Shown: one piece after another, positions 27,445 to 39,816 of the stretch
Position numbering within the stretch: position 1 is the stretch's first letter
How the letters are laid out: each line of letters starts with the position of its first letter
Assembly: GCA_016618085.1 (NCBI GenBank)
Contig: JABLTG010000039.1
Coordinates: forward strand, 1 to 64,000
DNA from: Neovahlkampfia damariscottae
Lineage: Eukaryota
DNA length: 64,000 nt
Reading direction: 5' to 3'
Made by a program: the position numbers and the translations under genes
The notes under the pieces: generated by a model
Database searches by the model: none
What the model was told of the DNA's origin: nothing
The model's input: only the letters and a program-made list of their open reading frames with translations

Positions 27445-27610
27445 CTTCTTTCTCTTATCTTCAAAATCGAACCGAAATTTGCCCAATAAAAAACTGTTAT
27501 GATTCAATTTTTAGTTTTTCATTTCTTTTGAGAAATCATTTCGAAATTGTAAAAAGTTCAATTGTGATAACGGTTATTTTTTCCAATTCAAATTTAGTCT
27601 TTTTTAACCA

Positions 27611-28852
27611 ATGAATCGTCCGATACAAAGAATAGGTGAGTTACACACCAACACTCAAATTTTTAGGCTCCTTAGATCCAACATTTAATATGCAAGCAGA
27701 AAAAAGGGCAACTGTAATTAATCTTGGAAATACAGCAGAAGAATTATTTGATGATTTTGATTCCAATAAAAAAATAGATAACTCCTCTAGAAGTCCAAAC
27801 TTTAAAAAAATTTTATTATTAGTCATTCCAGTTATGTTCGTTTTGTTAATGATTGTTTATGCAGGACATGTTTTGGGATGGTATAAAGTCAATCCAAGTC
27901 AAACACCAAAAGATTATTATAAAATATTTGCTGTTTCAGATAGAGACTCCTATAGTTATGATAAGAAAACAAAAAGTTGGAAATCACAATTTGTAACAGG
28001 AAATCTTATGAGAAATCCGTCAACTGGAAAATATCAAGTCAAATGGAACAAGAAAACAAAAGTAAAAAAAAAAAAAAAAAAATTAAAAATTAATAATAGA
28101 AAATATATTCCGGAAAATTAGTTGAAGGTGCCCGTGGTATGGAATTATCAGAACTTCAATTTTGGAATGATAAACTTTACTCTTTTTGTGACCGAACGGG
28201 AATTGTTTATGAACTTGATGGTTCCAGAGCAATGGCTCGTTATATCCTTCCAGAAGGAGACGCAAAAACATCTCAAAAAGGATTTAAAAGTGAATGGGCA
28301 ACTATAAAAGATGGCAATTTAGTCGTGGGATCCATTGGAAAAGAATGGACAGATGGAAAAGGAAATGTTTTAAACAAAGCACCAATGTTTATTAAAATTA
28401 TTCATCCAAATGGTAAAATTGATCATATAGATTGGAGTGAACAATATAATAAACTTAGAGAAAAGACAAAAACACTGTATCCAGGTTATATGGTTCATGA
28501 AGCTGTTGGTTGGAGTGATTATCATAAAAAATGGTTTTTTTTACCAAGAAGAGTTAGTAGAGAAAAATATGATGATGCCAAAGAATTGAGAAAAGGTTCA
28601 AATACAGTCATAATAGCCAATGAAAATTTTTCAGATATTGAAGTCAAGAAAATTGGAGTTAAAACACCAATTAGAGGATTTTCTTCATTTAAATTTATTC
28701 CAGGAAGACCAAATGAAATTATTGCTTTGAAATCTGCAGAAGAAAATAAAATGCAACAAGCATTCATCACTGTTTTTAATTTAAATGGTGAAGTATTATT
28801 GGAAGAAACTTTAATTGGAAATGAAAAATATGAAGGTATTGAAATTAGATAA
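27611..28852 (+). CDS. CANT1: Calcium-activated nucleotidase/apyrase (CANT1 family), type II membrane protein
   Basis: GMELSEL, DRTGIVY, GFKSEWAT, VGSIGKEWT, GYMVHEA, FLPRR, RGFSSFKF and KYEGIE motifs; two introns. Confidence 0.92.
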
Positions 28853-28906
28853 ATATTTATGTGAATGATGGAATATCAACTCAATTTTTATTTGAGTTTC
28901 AAATAT

Positions 28907-29617
28907 TTATTCATTATAGATTTTATTCTCAACTAAATACTTGACAACAGTTTTGTTTAAGTATTTTTCATCAATTTCTTCATTATTTTTGATCATTTTT
29001 CTGATCATTGTTGAACTCATTTCTTCTAAAGAATCATCTTCAATTAAAATGAAATCTTTGTGAAATTCAGAAGAAAATTTCTTCAAATCTTCTGTGTATC
29101 CTTTTCTTCCGATTGTAACAGTTGTTCCTTTTCTAAATTTACCTGTTTTTAAAGTGTTATCTGCTCCACAAAAAACTCTTAGATTGATCTCTTTCAAATC
29201 ATCTTTGTATTTGGATTCTAACATTTCTTTTATTTTTTTACCAGCTGAAAGAGCATCCCCAGAACCTAATGGATAATTTAAAATCCAGTCACTTGACTCA
29301 ATTGATAAATCTATTAATTTATTTCGATGTTCGAGTGGTATTGAATCATCACCTAATTTTTTTTCGATATACTTGTCTGTAGCAGGAATAAGAAAACCAC
29401 CAATTACAAATTCATCTCCAATTGAGTCAATGTATTTTTTACAAACGTTGAATGAGTGAATGTGCATGTTATGAACTGGAGAAAAGGATCCACCCAGGAC
29501 TATAATGGTAGGTAATCTGTTGTTTAGTTTTTTAATTTGATTTTCGACTCTTGTGAAATCTATTTCGATTCTTTTTTTCTTCTCTTTTTTCTGATTGTTG
29601 AGTTGTTTGACAGACAT
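28907..29617 (-). CDS. Nicotinamide/nicotinate mononucleotide adenylyltransferase-like
   Basis: GGSFSPVHNMH (HxxH), CGAD and MSSTMIR motifs. Confidence 0.8.
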   Translation of the reverse strand: MSVKQLNNQKKEKKKRIEIDFTRVENQIKKLNNRLPTIIVLGGSFSPVHNMHIHSFNVCKKYIDSIGDEFVIGGFLIPATDKYIEKKLGDDSIPLEHRNKLIDLSIESSDWILNYPLGSGDALSAGKKIKEMLESKYKDDLKEINLRVFCGADNTLKTGKFRKGTTVTIGRKGYTEDLKKFSSEFHKDFILIEDDSLEEMSSTMIRKMIKNNEEIDEKYLNKTVVKYLVENKIYNE

Positions 29618-29762
29618 CTCGAAATTGAATTCGTTGTTTAATTGGACAAAAAAAAAAGAAATTTCTTCAAAGTAATAATGAAAATGTGTATTCTTATGGA
29701 CCAATTATAGTTTTTTAAAAAAACAATAAAAATAATTGGCCAATAATTTTCATTTCACACAA

Positions 29763-30785
29763 ATGTGGAAGAAATATTTGTCCAAAGGTGTTATTATTTC
29801 TGTTTATGCAAGTGTTATCAGTTTATCAATGACAACTGGGTCACATTATCTCAAAATTACCTCCATGGATAAAACATTTGAGAAAGAAAAACCTGGTGAA
29901 TATATTAAAAATTTTTCAGTTCAAACATATACAACTATTTCAAAAACAGAAACAAAATTACCAACTGTAATCTTTATCAACGGTATAGGTACAACATCTG
30001 ATCAATTCAAAAAAGTAAAATTCATCAAAATTCTAAAACAAAAAAGTTGTATGAAAAATTGTCAAAACACACCAATGTTTTGAATTGTAATTCAAATTTT
30101 TTATTTTAATTTTTTTTTAGATGATAGACCTGGTTATGGATATAGTAGTTCTTCAAAAACACCAAGACATATTGCAAATGAAACTATTGAACTTGAATCT
30201 CTTTTGGAAAAATCTGGTTTACCTTCACCTTATATTATTGTATCTGAAGGATATGGCTCATGGATAAGTGATGCCTTTTCATATCAAAATCCGAAATTAG
30301 TTTTGGAATCAATCAAATTTGATCCTCTTCATGAACAAATTTTAGAAAAAACTAATTATTTGAGTTATTCGAATTTGATGAAAGGAAATGCAAGATTTTG
30401 GTTGGTCTCTTCTTACCTGGGATTTATGGAATTAATTTTAGCGAATGAAAATTCATATCTAAGAAAAAGATTCTTGAGTTATTTTGATAAAAATACACAA
30501 AAAATAATGAAATATCATTTTTTGAAATCAAAATTTTGGCAGGCTGAAATTGGAGAAAGAACAGAAATTGAAACTTCTTATGAACAATTAAAAGAAGTTT
30601 CTATGGATAAACCAAAACCAAAGTCTGTCATTTTCTTATCAAATATCACTAAAAAATCGACATTTTATGATATATTTTCGAATGACAGAATTGAAAAAAC
30701 GAACGAAGAGAATCAATTAACAATGGTACAATCAGATGAAATTAGTGATAAAATAATCAAAATTTTAAAGAAACATGAAAAATAA
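29763..30785 (+). CDS. Alpha/beta-hydrolase fold protein, nucleophile motif degenerate
   Basis: PTVIFING, YDRPGYGYS (across an intron), PYIIVSEGYGS at the GxSxG position; two introns. Confidence 0.7.
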
Positions 30786-30853
30786 AATTTCCAAAACAAA
30801 AAAAAACTTAATGAATTTTCCACCAATAAAATTACATCAACATCCCAACCTCA

Positions 30854-31661
30854 ATGATACACAAACAGAGAAGTCTGCCACAATACTTACAAAGATTTTG
30901 GAAGTACACACAAATGGATATGGAACAAGCAATAAGTCAAATGTTGGAACTATTCTATGATCCAAAAAAAGTGTAAGGAAAATTAAAAAATCAAAATTAA
31001 AAAAAAATAAAATAGATACAGAGCGGCAAGGAATAGAAAGTGTAAATAAAAACATAAATAACATAAAATAGTCATTAGAGATTCATGGTCAAGAGATGAC
31101 CCAGCATTTGTAATGATACAATTAGGTTTTATTTTATCTATGTCAATAGCTTACGCTACAGCTTTTAAAATGAATTTTTGGAACATTTTACTTTTAATCT
31201 TCAACAAAATTTTTATTGAATTTTTATTGTTATCCATCATATTATCAACAATAACATGGTACAAGAAAAATGAAAAATTCTAATTTTTTTTTTTTAGGTT
31301 CATTTCAAATAAGTATTTAAAAACACCAAGTGCTGGAAATCAAGACGTTGAATGGTTATATTCATTTGATATTCATTGTAATGGTTATTTTTGTTTTTTT
31401 ATGATTGGAACTGTTTTACAATTTTTTTTGTTACCTATTTTAATTCAAAATACTTTTTATTCATTGGTTATTGGAAATTCATTGTATTTTATTGGTTTTA
31501 GTTATTATTGTTTTATTACTTCAAGAGGATTGGCTGAATTAAATTACTTGAAAAATTTGGAAATATTTTTGTACCCAATCATTTTAGTTGGATTTTTTTG
31601 GTTGATTTCTATTTTATTCAAGTATAGTTTTCTCAATTTTATGTTGAATTCGTATATTTAA
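30854..31661 (+). CDS. UNC50: UNC-50 family Golgi membrane protein
   Basis: YLQRFWKYTQMDME...LFYDPKKV, WSRDDPAF, DVEWLYSFDIHCNGYF; three introns. Confidence 0.88.
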
Positions 31662-31692
31662 AATAAAAATATTTTTATTTTTGAATCAAAAT

Positions 31693-33414
31693 TTATTTCA
31701 TCACAAATTTATCGATTGACCTTGTAAGATGATTTGAAGAATCAAATCTATTTGACAATACTCTTAATTCATCAATATCACTTGAACCAATTAAATCAAT
31801 TGATTTATAAAATATGTATTCTTTCATTTCTTCAAAACAAATAAAATCACAAAAATCTAATATTTCTTCAAGTTCCCCAATTTTTTGAGATGAAATAGTG
31901 AACGTTCCTAGATAAACGAATTCAACAAATTTTAAGAATATTTTTTTATCCACATCTTTTAGATCAATTTCATCCAAATTTGACTCTATAAAATCACCTT
32001 TGAATAACGTTTTAAAATAATCAGAAACTGTTAAAAGTATAATTTTATGTAATTTCATTGTTGAATCTTTCAAGTTGATATTAATATCCGAATATAATTG
32101 AGATGATAAAATTCGTTTAAAGTATTCTGTTCGATGAGTTTGTCTTTCAATTGGATTCGAAATTGGTTCAAAATCAAATTTCTCTTTCAAAATTTTCAAA
32201 TCAATTTCTTCAAAATTGAAATCTTCTTTATAGAGATAATGAATTATTTTCTCAAAAAAATCCATTGAAATATCAAATTTCAATACATCTTCTTTGATTT
32301 CCTTATTCGTCAATTCTTGAAATATCACCTTATGTACAAATTTTTCACCATCATTAAGAATGATTTTCAAATCGGTGAATAAATCAGAATCAAGAATTAA
32401 GTTTGATTTATTAGATTTGAACTTCAACTTACAATTGTTTTTAACGTTTTCTAATAAATACAATTGATCATTTTGAACAAATATATTACGACAATCTGTT
32501 CGAATTGGAACTTCAAATCTCTTCCAAAGTTTTGATTTAATATTGAAAGTTACTAAATAATCAGATATCATACCTGATGATCGTTTTTTGAAATTTCCAC
32601 CAAAAAAATAAATAATATCATTGGATGAACATATTCCAGGCATAATTTGCCAAGGTAATAATTCATTAGTAAAATCATCCCATGAATCATTATCAATATC
32701 ATAACAATATAATTCATTATTCTCATTCATTGTTCTATCACTATAACCTGAATAAATAAATACATAATTTTCACATCTCAAAATTTGACTAAATATTTCC
32801 AGTTTATGTACATAAGGTAAATGATTGGCTTCTTGGGTATCCAAATTGTATTTGATTAATTTTCCGGTTACCCCATTAATTCTATCAATTTGGATAGAAT
32901 ATAAAATTATCCAATTTTTATATGAAACTAAGAATTCTGGAGTCAAATTTCCATCTGGGTTGACCTTATTGGATATTTTCAATTCTTCAATTTCAAAAGT
33001 TTCAGAATTCAATTTATAAAACTTTGGTACTGGAAAATTTTGTTTGTAAAAATGAACTTCTTCTTTAATTTTAAATATTTTGTTCATTTTCATTGATAAT
33101 TTTTTTGATTTTAATTCATTTGTTGTTTTGTCAAAAATTAAAAGTGTGTCTCGATTTAAAAAATAAAATTGTTCCTTTTTAGTTATATAATGTGGCCAGA
33201 TTTTTATTAGATTGAGATATAATTCTTCTTCTGGATGTGTTGGAAAAATGATGTTAAAATTTTTTTGTTTTTCTCTTTCTATTAAATAACTCTCTATTCT
33301 CTTTACTAGTTCTTGTTTTGCTCCAGTTTTTTTAAGTTGAAACAATGAGCAAAATTCTTTCAATTCTTTGACTGTGAAGCGTTTTGGTATGAAGAAATCT
33401 TGATGCTTTTCCAT
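31693..33414 (-). CDS. SAP domain, Kelch-like repeats and two BTB domains
   Basis: FTVKELKEFCSLFQLKKTGAKQELVKRI (SAP); IYFFGG (Kelch); TDLKI..VHKVI and SDIN..LHKIIL..SDYFK (BTB). Confidence 0.8.
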   Translation of the reverse strand: MEKHQDFFIPKRFTVKELKEFCSLFQLKKTGAKQELVKRIESYLIEREKQKNFNIIFPTHPEEELYLNLIKIWPHYITKKEQFYFLNRDTLLIFDKTTNELKSKKLSMKMNKIFKIKEEVHFYKQNFPVPKFYKLNSETFEIEELKISNKVNPDGNLTPEFLVSYKNWIILYSIQIDRINGVTGKLIKYNLDTQEANHLPYVHKLEIFSQILRCENYVFIYSGYSDRTMNENNELYCYDIDNDSWDDFTNELLPWQIMPGICSSNDIIYFFGGNFKKRSSGMISDYLVTFNIKSKLWKRFEVPIRTDCRNIFVQNDQLYLLENVKNNCKLKFKSNKSNLILDSDLFTDLKIILNDGEKFVHKVIFQELTNKEIKEDVLKFDISMDFFEKIIHYLYKEDFNFEEIDLKILKEKFDFEPISNPIERQTHRTEYFKRILSSQLYSDININLKDSTMKLHKIILLTVSDYFKTLFKGDFIESNLDEIDLKDVDKKIFLKFVEFVYLGTFTISSQKIGELEEILDFCDFICFEEMKEYIFYKSIDLIGSSDIDELRVLSNRFDSSNHLTRSIDKFVMK

Positions 33415-33475
33415 TGGACAAAAAAACGTGTTTTTTTTTTATAATTTGAAATTGTGTGATGTCTTATAAACTTTT

Positions 33476-34323
33476 TTATTTTTTTACTTTTTTCTTTTCT
33501 TCATCATCAGTTTCACTTTAAAAGTCAAACTACAACCGCAACTTACTTTTTTCTTTTTTTCGTATTTTCAGATGTTCCATTTTTGAAATTTTCAATTTCT
33601 TGTTTCATCCAAGCATAGTCAACTACTGGTCTTTTTGCTTTCTTTGCATCTTTGTATTTTTTTGATTTTTTACCTGTAGGTTGTCCATAGTCAGTTTTAC
33701 CATCCCTACCTAGTAAAATGGTTGTAACGTTTTTTTTATAACTATCAGATACTTGACCTCCGAACTCTTTTATTTTTGATGACAATGAACGTTTACTTTC
33801 ATCAAATTCTCCACAAATTACAAAGACTTTACCATCAAATGGACCTTTTTTATTTAAATCCTCTTCTGATATTTCAGTTCCTCTTTTGAATTTTTTTAAT
33901 TAAATTTTTGTCTTACGAGATTTTAGAGTATTTTTTTTTGAGTTCTGGAGTAAGTTGAATATATCCATGGATTTTAGTAATATCTTGTCCTTTTAATTGT
34001 TCATCAAGTGTTGTTTTTGATTCAAGACAAGCAATATGAACAATTCCATCATCAGAACACTTTAAAGAGTTTAAATTAAAATGAAATAAAATGAAACAGA
34101 AATAGGAGCATCTGGGTATACTTCTCTTAATCCTAATGAATATAGTTCTCCTTTTTCAATTTTATTTCCACATTCGTCCTGTAAAATTAAAACCAGAAAC
34201 TGTTACACAAGTCATAGCGTTGGTGGCGAATCTATTTTCAAGAGGTTCATGCCAACTTCCACCCCATCCTACCACTCCAATATCTTCAAATCTTACTCTG
34301 CTTCTTAATTTTGCTTTTGTCAT
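33476..34323 (-). CDS. PARP-type zinc finger-like plus BRCT domain protein (multi-exon)
   Basis: A 28-nt intron joins NAMTC|DECGNKIEKGEL; later VHIACL completes CxxC...HxxC. BRCT: FDGKVFVICG...KIKEFGGQV...VTTILLG...PVVDYAWM. Confidence 0.7.
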
Positions 34324-34402
34324 GACAAACTCTTTCATGTTGTTTTTTCCAATTTTGACAAAACCAAATTCTATTGGTTGGTGAATTCCAACAAATAAAA
34401 AC

Positions 34403-35077
34403 ATGAAGCAACAACAAATCTGTGGCTATTTTGAAATGGCTAAAATGTGCGAAGAATTAGAAAGATACGAAGATATGCTACATTATATACTGAAAATTAT
34501 TGATGTAGATCCAAAAATAGACCAAGAAACTCGAACGTTATTCGGAGTGGCAAATAAAAATATTTATGCTGCAAATAAATTAGTAGAATACCACTTAGAG
34601 AATCCAAAAAATGATGATGAATTAGAGTATAAAAAAAAAATTCAAAAAAACATTCAAATACATTTGGATAAAATTATTTCAATTTTGGACCTCAAATTGA
34701 TCCCAAATTTAGAAGAAACTGATATTGAAGGGAAAACTTTCTTATGGAAATTAAAAGGTGATTGTTATCGTTACAGATCATTACATATGGATTCATCAAC
34801 AAATCAAGGAATTATTGATAGTTGTGATGAATCTTATGAAACCGCTTTTGAATATGCAGAAAATTTACATGTTTGTCATTCAATCCGTCTTGGATTATGT
34901 TTAAATTATAGTGTATTCTATTATGAAATCTTGGATGAAAAAGATAAAGCGAACAAATTAGCAAAAGAAACATTTGATAATGCAATAGCCCAATTGGATG
35001 AAATTGAAGAAAGTGATTACAAAGATTCTACATTGATTTTACAACTCATTAGAGATAATTTATCCTTATGGAATTAA
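34403..35077 (+). CDS. Divergent 14-3-3 protein
   Basis: ERYEDM, KLKGDCYRY, HSIRLGLCLNYSVFYYEIL, YKDSTLILQLIRDNLSLW. Confidence 0.92.
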   Translation: MKQQQICGYFEMAKMCEELERYEDMLHYILKIIDVDPKIDQETRTLFGVANKNIYAANKLVEYHLENPKNDDELEYKKKIQKNIQIHLDKIISILDLKLIPNLEETDIEGKTFLWKLKGDCYRYRSLHMDSSTNQGIIDSCDESYETAFEYAENLHVCHSIRLGLCLNYSVFYYEILDEKDKANKLAKETFDNAIAQLDEIEESDYKDSTLILQLIRDNLSLWN

Positions 35078-35088
35078 AAATTTTATTT

Positions 35089-38000
35089 TTAAAATTCTAA
35101 ACTAATTACATCTTCATTTCCTTCGACCAATAAACAAGGAGGAAGATCATTTGTGAATGTTTGTAATTCTTCAAGATATTCATGACAAACTGATTGTTTT
35201 TCGCTCAATGGTAATGGTGGTAACGGTAAAAATGCAATTGATGTTCTTTCTGATTCTCTTTTAATCACATTATTAATTAATTGGTATTGTTCTTGTGTTG
35301 ATTTTTTTTTCAATTCATCAAGTCTGAAACATTTTCCATCTGCTTTTGGTTTATATTTTGATTGTGATGAAAAAATATCACAAATTGAAAATACTTTAAC
35401 TTCACCAATAATTCTTGTTTCTTTTACTAATTTATTCAATCTCTCTGATTCTAATTCAATTTCTGATTCAGTATCAACAATACCCAAAACTCTCAATTTA
35501 TGATATTTTCTATAATCACCAACATGGTGCAATAAATGACCAAGTTGTAATAATAAATGTGCATTTGATTCATTTGATCTCCAATTTTCCATATCAAATA
35601 ACCAAATATCAATTTTTTGATCAAATTGCATTGAAAAGATTTTACTCCATGAAGGTTTTAAACCAGTTTTGTTGAAATTATAAAAACTAAAAAATCAATG
35701 AAATCTTAAACCTCTTACTGTCTTGCAATACAAATATTTTTCTTTGAGATTTGACAATCTTTTAAAATTTGAATATATTCTCCAATATCTAAATTTGGAC
35801 TTTCAAGATCTCTGATATCTGTGAATTTTTTGACATGTGCTTCAATTGCTTCTGTTTTTCTTTTTGAATAACCAATAACTTCATTTTCAACAGGTTTTTC
35901 TTGAGGATCAAAAAATCCAACAATTACTGTATTTGGTCTCATTCCACCAATACCCGAATTTGTAACTAAATTTTGACAACCAACACGAACATTGTCAGCA
36001 ATTGCAATTTCTGGAAATGCTTTAATTTGTTTTGTTTCAAAATAATCTTCAAATGCATGAAAATCTTGTGATATAGATTCATGCATTTTTCTAAAATCTC
36101 CAACTTTAACATGTCTTTTGAATTGTCAAAAAAAAAATCATTAATTTACCCAACAATATATAAACCTCCTTTTTTTAATGAATTGACAAAATCTATTAAA
36201 TTTAAAGATGATTTTGGATTTGCAACAAATAATAAACATTGAAGTCTCCAATTTTTAATATGACCTGTATTTGGATTCATTCTCAAAAGATATTTTCGAA
36301 CTTGATGATAAACTTAAAATTGTTAAAAAAAAATGAATGATCGTTTTTTTACTAAGAGCATCTGAGAAATCACCCCAATCTAGAAAAAAACTTAAAATGT
36401 TTTGGTCTTACTTGCAGTTGGTGCATAATAATGAATTGATATAATCAATAAAATTTGTATGATAATTGCAATACCAGCATACATTGGTGAAACAAAAAAC
36501 ATTGCAAAAACTGATAAAATAGCTCCAAGAAGTGCTTAAAAGAATGTTGATTAAAAATAACTTTTCAAACCTTGATACCATGAAAACAATCTAAAGCTAG
36601 GTCTAAAATTTGGAGCTCCAGTTATAGCCAAAAAGAAACATGATAGATTAACAAAAGTATAAGTCATTGAAGTCAAAACACTAACAATTGGTGCAATGAT
36701 GTTAATTTCTCCAATAGCAACGATACCTAAAATCAAAACGAAAACTAAAACGATAGCTCTTCTTGGTTCATCAGATTTTCCAGATCCTTTTGCAAAGAAA
36801 CCAATAAATGGTAACATTTGATCTCTTGCAATTGCCTGAAAAATTCTTGCAACACCAACAATGACTGATAACGTACTTGAAAGTGAAGCAAAAAAGATAC
36901 CAATGGTAATTAAATGAGGAACAAAAGCTAATTTCATTAAAATTGCAGGATCTTCAACTAACGCTTGTCTTGTTACTGTTAAAGCATATAAAAATGCTAA
37001 AACTAAATAACCGAGTAAAGTGAAGAATTTACCGATGAATGTTCCGTTTGGAATGTCTCTTTCAGGGTTTTGAATATCTCCAGATAAGTTAGCACCGACC
37101 ATAATACCTAATTAATAATTTAAGAGGATGTTTTAAATCACTCATACCAGTGCTTGAAAATTTTAATTTTTTTTTTTTCTTACCAAGCAGGAAAGATAAT
37201 ACCAAAAGCATATCTAAAATCAAATGTATTCTCAGGTGATTCAAAATCCTTTTGCCATTGAAACCATAAACTTTTTGATAAATTTGAAAAACTAGGACCT
37301 GAAAGAAAAATTAGTATTTTCAGAGAATCTTTACCAACAAAACCTAATTCAATACCTGGTGTTTGGAATAATAAACTGACACCAACTGTAATCAAAGAAG
37401 CTAAAATAAACAAAAATAACATCAAATTTGTTTTTGCAAAAAAATCAGCACCAATGAAGCAAACAATTGTCAAAATTATCAATGCACCTGCACCATATGC
37501 AAATTTCATATAACTTGAAAATACCCATTCTGGCCATGTTTTTGGAAATATTTCAACTAAAGTATCTGTAAAACCAACAACACATAAACCACCTGTTACA
37601 ATTTGACCTAATGCCTAAAAAGTTTAGTATTTTTGTTTTATTACATAAATTAATCCGATTGAACCACCTAATTCAGGGCCAAGAGACCTCGAAACAAAGT
37701 AGTAGACTCCACCTCCTTTGACTGAACCATTGGTAACAATTGCTGAGATTGAAACAATTGTCAATGTTGTTATACAATAAGAAACAAAAAAAATCAGTGT
37801 AAGACCTAAAAATCCAGCCTAATTTTTTTTTAACAGTTATAAATTGTTAAATTACTTGTCCAACGACCACACCAAGTCTAAGATATAAAATAACACCCCA
37901 CATAGATAATATAACAGGTATAACAACACCATTAATTTGTCCGAGTTTTTCAGGTTCAACTTCTAAAAAAATTTAATTCATGTATAAGAAATTACCTTTT

Positions 38001-38107
38001 TTAGCAGCTTTATCATAAATTGGTTCATCATTTAGAACAGGATATCCACTATTATCAGTTGTTTGAATACCTGAATTTAGTAACAATGAATTTTCTTCTT
38101 CAGACAT
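35089..38107 (-). CDS. Cation-chloride cotransporter (SLC12A9-like), many introns
   Basis: [62 protein letters not shown]. Confidence 0.9.
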
Positions 38108-38207
38108 TTTGTGTTTGTGAAGCTTGAAAATGATTGGAATAGTCTAACAAGAAACGATTGGTTGAATTATATTTTTTTTTTTTGAGTTTTTTTTAGCAAT
38201 ACAATTT

Positions 38208-38810
38208 TTATTTTAATTTTGCAAAAGTTAAAAATGTTTCTTCTCCAATTTTTTCAACAATGGATGAAAATTCTTTCGTAGCTGCAAAACGTTTAAACTG
38301 ATCAATTTTCATCATCAGAAGAACATCAGTAACACCATCATCAAATAAATCACATGGACAATTCTCTTTTGATGATTCTTCAAAATTTTTTAAAACTGTT
38401 TTTCTTGATTCCATTCCAATATTGATTTCTTTTTTACTAAATTGTTCAATATAAGTTTCAATGATTTTTGAAGCTTCTTTATATCGTTTATTATCTTCTA
38501 AAGTTTTATAATTTTCAACAGATTCTAAAAAACTGAATAATTCTATACAAGAATTTTAGTTTTTTGATTTTTTAACCTATATTCATGGTTTTTTCTAAGA
38601 AATCTTTGAATTCATTTTTACAATCGTCTATTAAAAAAAAATTTTTTAAATCATAATCGTAGGTTGAGTAATCTTTTTTTTTTTTTTAATTGTTTTTTTT
38701 TTACCTTTTGTGCTTGAGCTTCTTTGGCTCATACTTTTTCGATCGGATTTTTTTTCACCACCAGAGGTTCTCTTGGAAAACATGTTCGATAAACGTCTCA
38801 CTGGATTCAT
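38208..38810 (-). CDS. RGS domain protein
   Basis: EFKDFLRKTMNI|ELFSFLESVENY...KEINIG...LFDD...DQFKRF after splicing. Confidence 0.75.
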
Positions 38811-38935
38811 TTGTATCTTTTGTCACTCTTCTTCCAAATCGGTATATTTATTGTTTGATTGGAGGAAAATAAACAATAATTTTATAACGGTCATTATTTA
38901 CAAATTTTTATTTCAAGTTTTAATCTTATTCTTAA

Positions 38936-39665
38936 CTAAATTTTATATTCAACGATGTGAATATTTTCAAATGTTGAAATTAATTTTGGATCTAATTTCT
39001 CTAAAAGATCTTTGAACTGTTGTGACAGACAATAACGTGGAAATATATCTAATTTCATATGTTAATATGATTTATATTATTTACCTGTTCTTATGTCCAC
39101 CAGTATTGAATTATAAATCCTGTCAAATAAATTAGGTGGTAATATCGAATCTTCATTTGTTATAAGTTCTACAGTTGAAATTAACTCTTCTCTACCTTCA
39201 TTACCCAGGTTTAATTCATAATCTGAAGATTTTTTTATGTATTTATTCACTATTTTGATTCCTGTTTCATTTCTTTCTCTCAAGTCATGAAGAAGTTTAA
39301 ATTCTTCAACTTCTTTCAAAAAGAAAACTTGTTCTAAAACTATTAGTTTGAAAACAAAAAATACCTTCATTTCGCAGTATCATCATGTAACTCATCAAAT
39401 TCTCCCGACATTCTTGAATGGCAATGAACTCTGAGAATTTATATTCACAAAGGTCAATATCAGTGATTGACTCTTTTTTTTGAGGGCTTGTTGGATGTCT
39501 AAAATGATCAAAAAGTGAATGTGCACGTTGAGACTGCGAATCCTCTTCACTTTGAACTATATCAAAATCTTCAGAGCTTTGAGACCCTCGAAATTTCTTT
39601 AGAGATTTTGATTCTTTTTTTAATAAACCAGAAAACTTTCCACGAGGAGACAAGAATGAATTCAT
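38936..39665 (-). CDS. RGS domain protein (tandem neighbour of 38208-38810)
   Basis: FFLKEVEEFK...IVNKYIKKSSDYELNL...NLFD...DIFPRY after two introns. Confidence 0.78.
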
Positions 39666-39816
39666 TACCAACGATTTTTTTGTCTCTTTTGACCAATAAA
39701 AAACGAAATTACCATTTTTGTAAAATCAATAAATAACTACAAATCAGGATAAAAAGAATCCAAACTTTTCCAAAACATTTGGCTTTATTTCGATGATTTC
39801 CATCCGAGTAATATCA

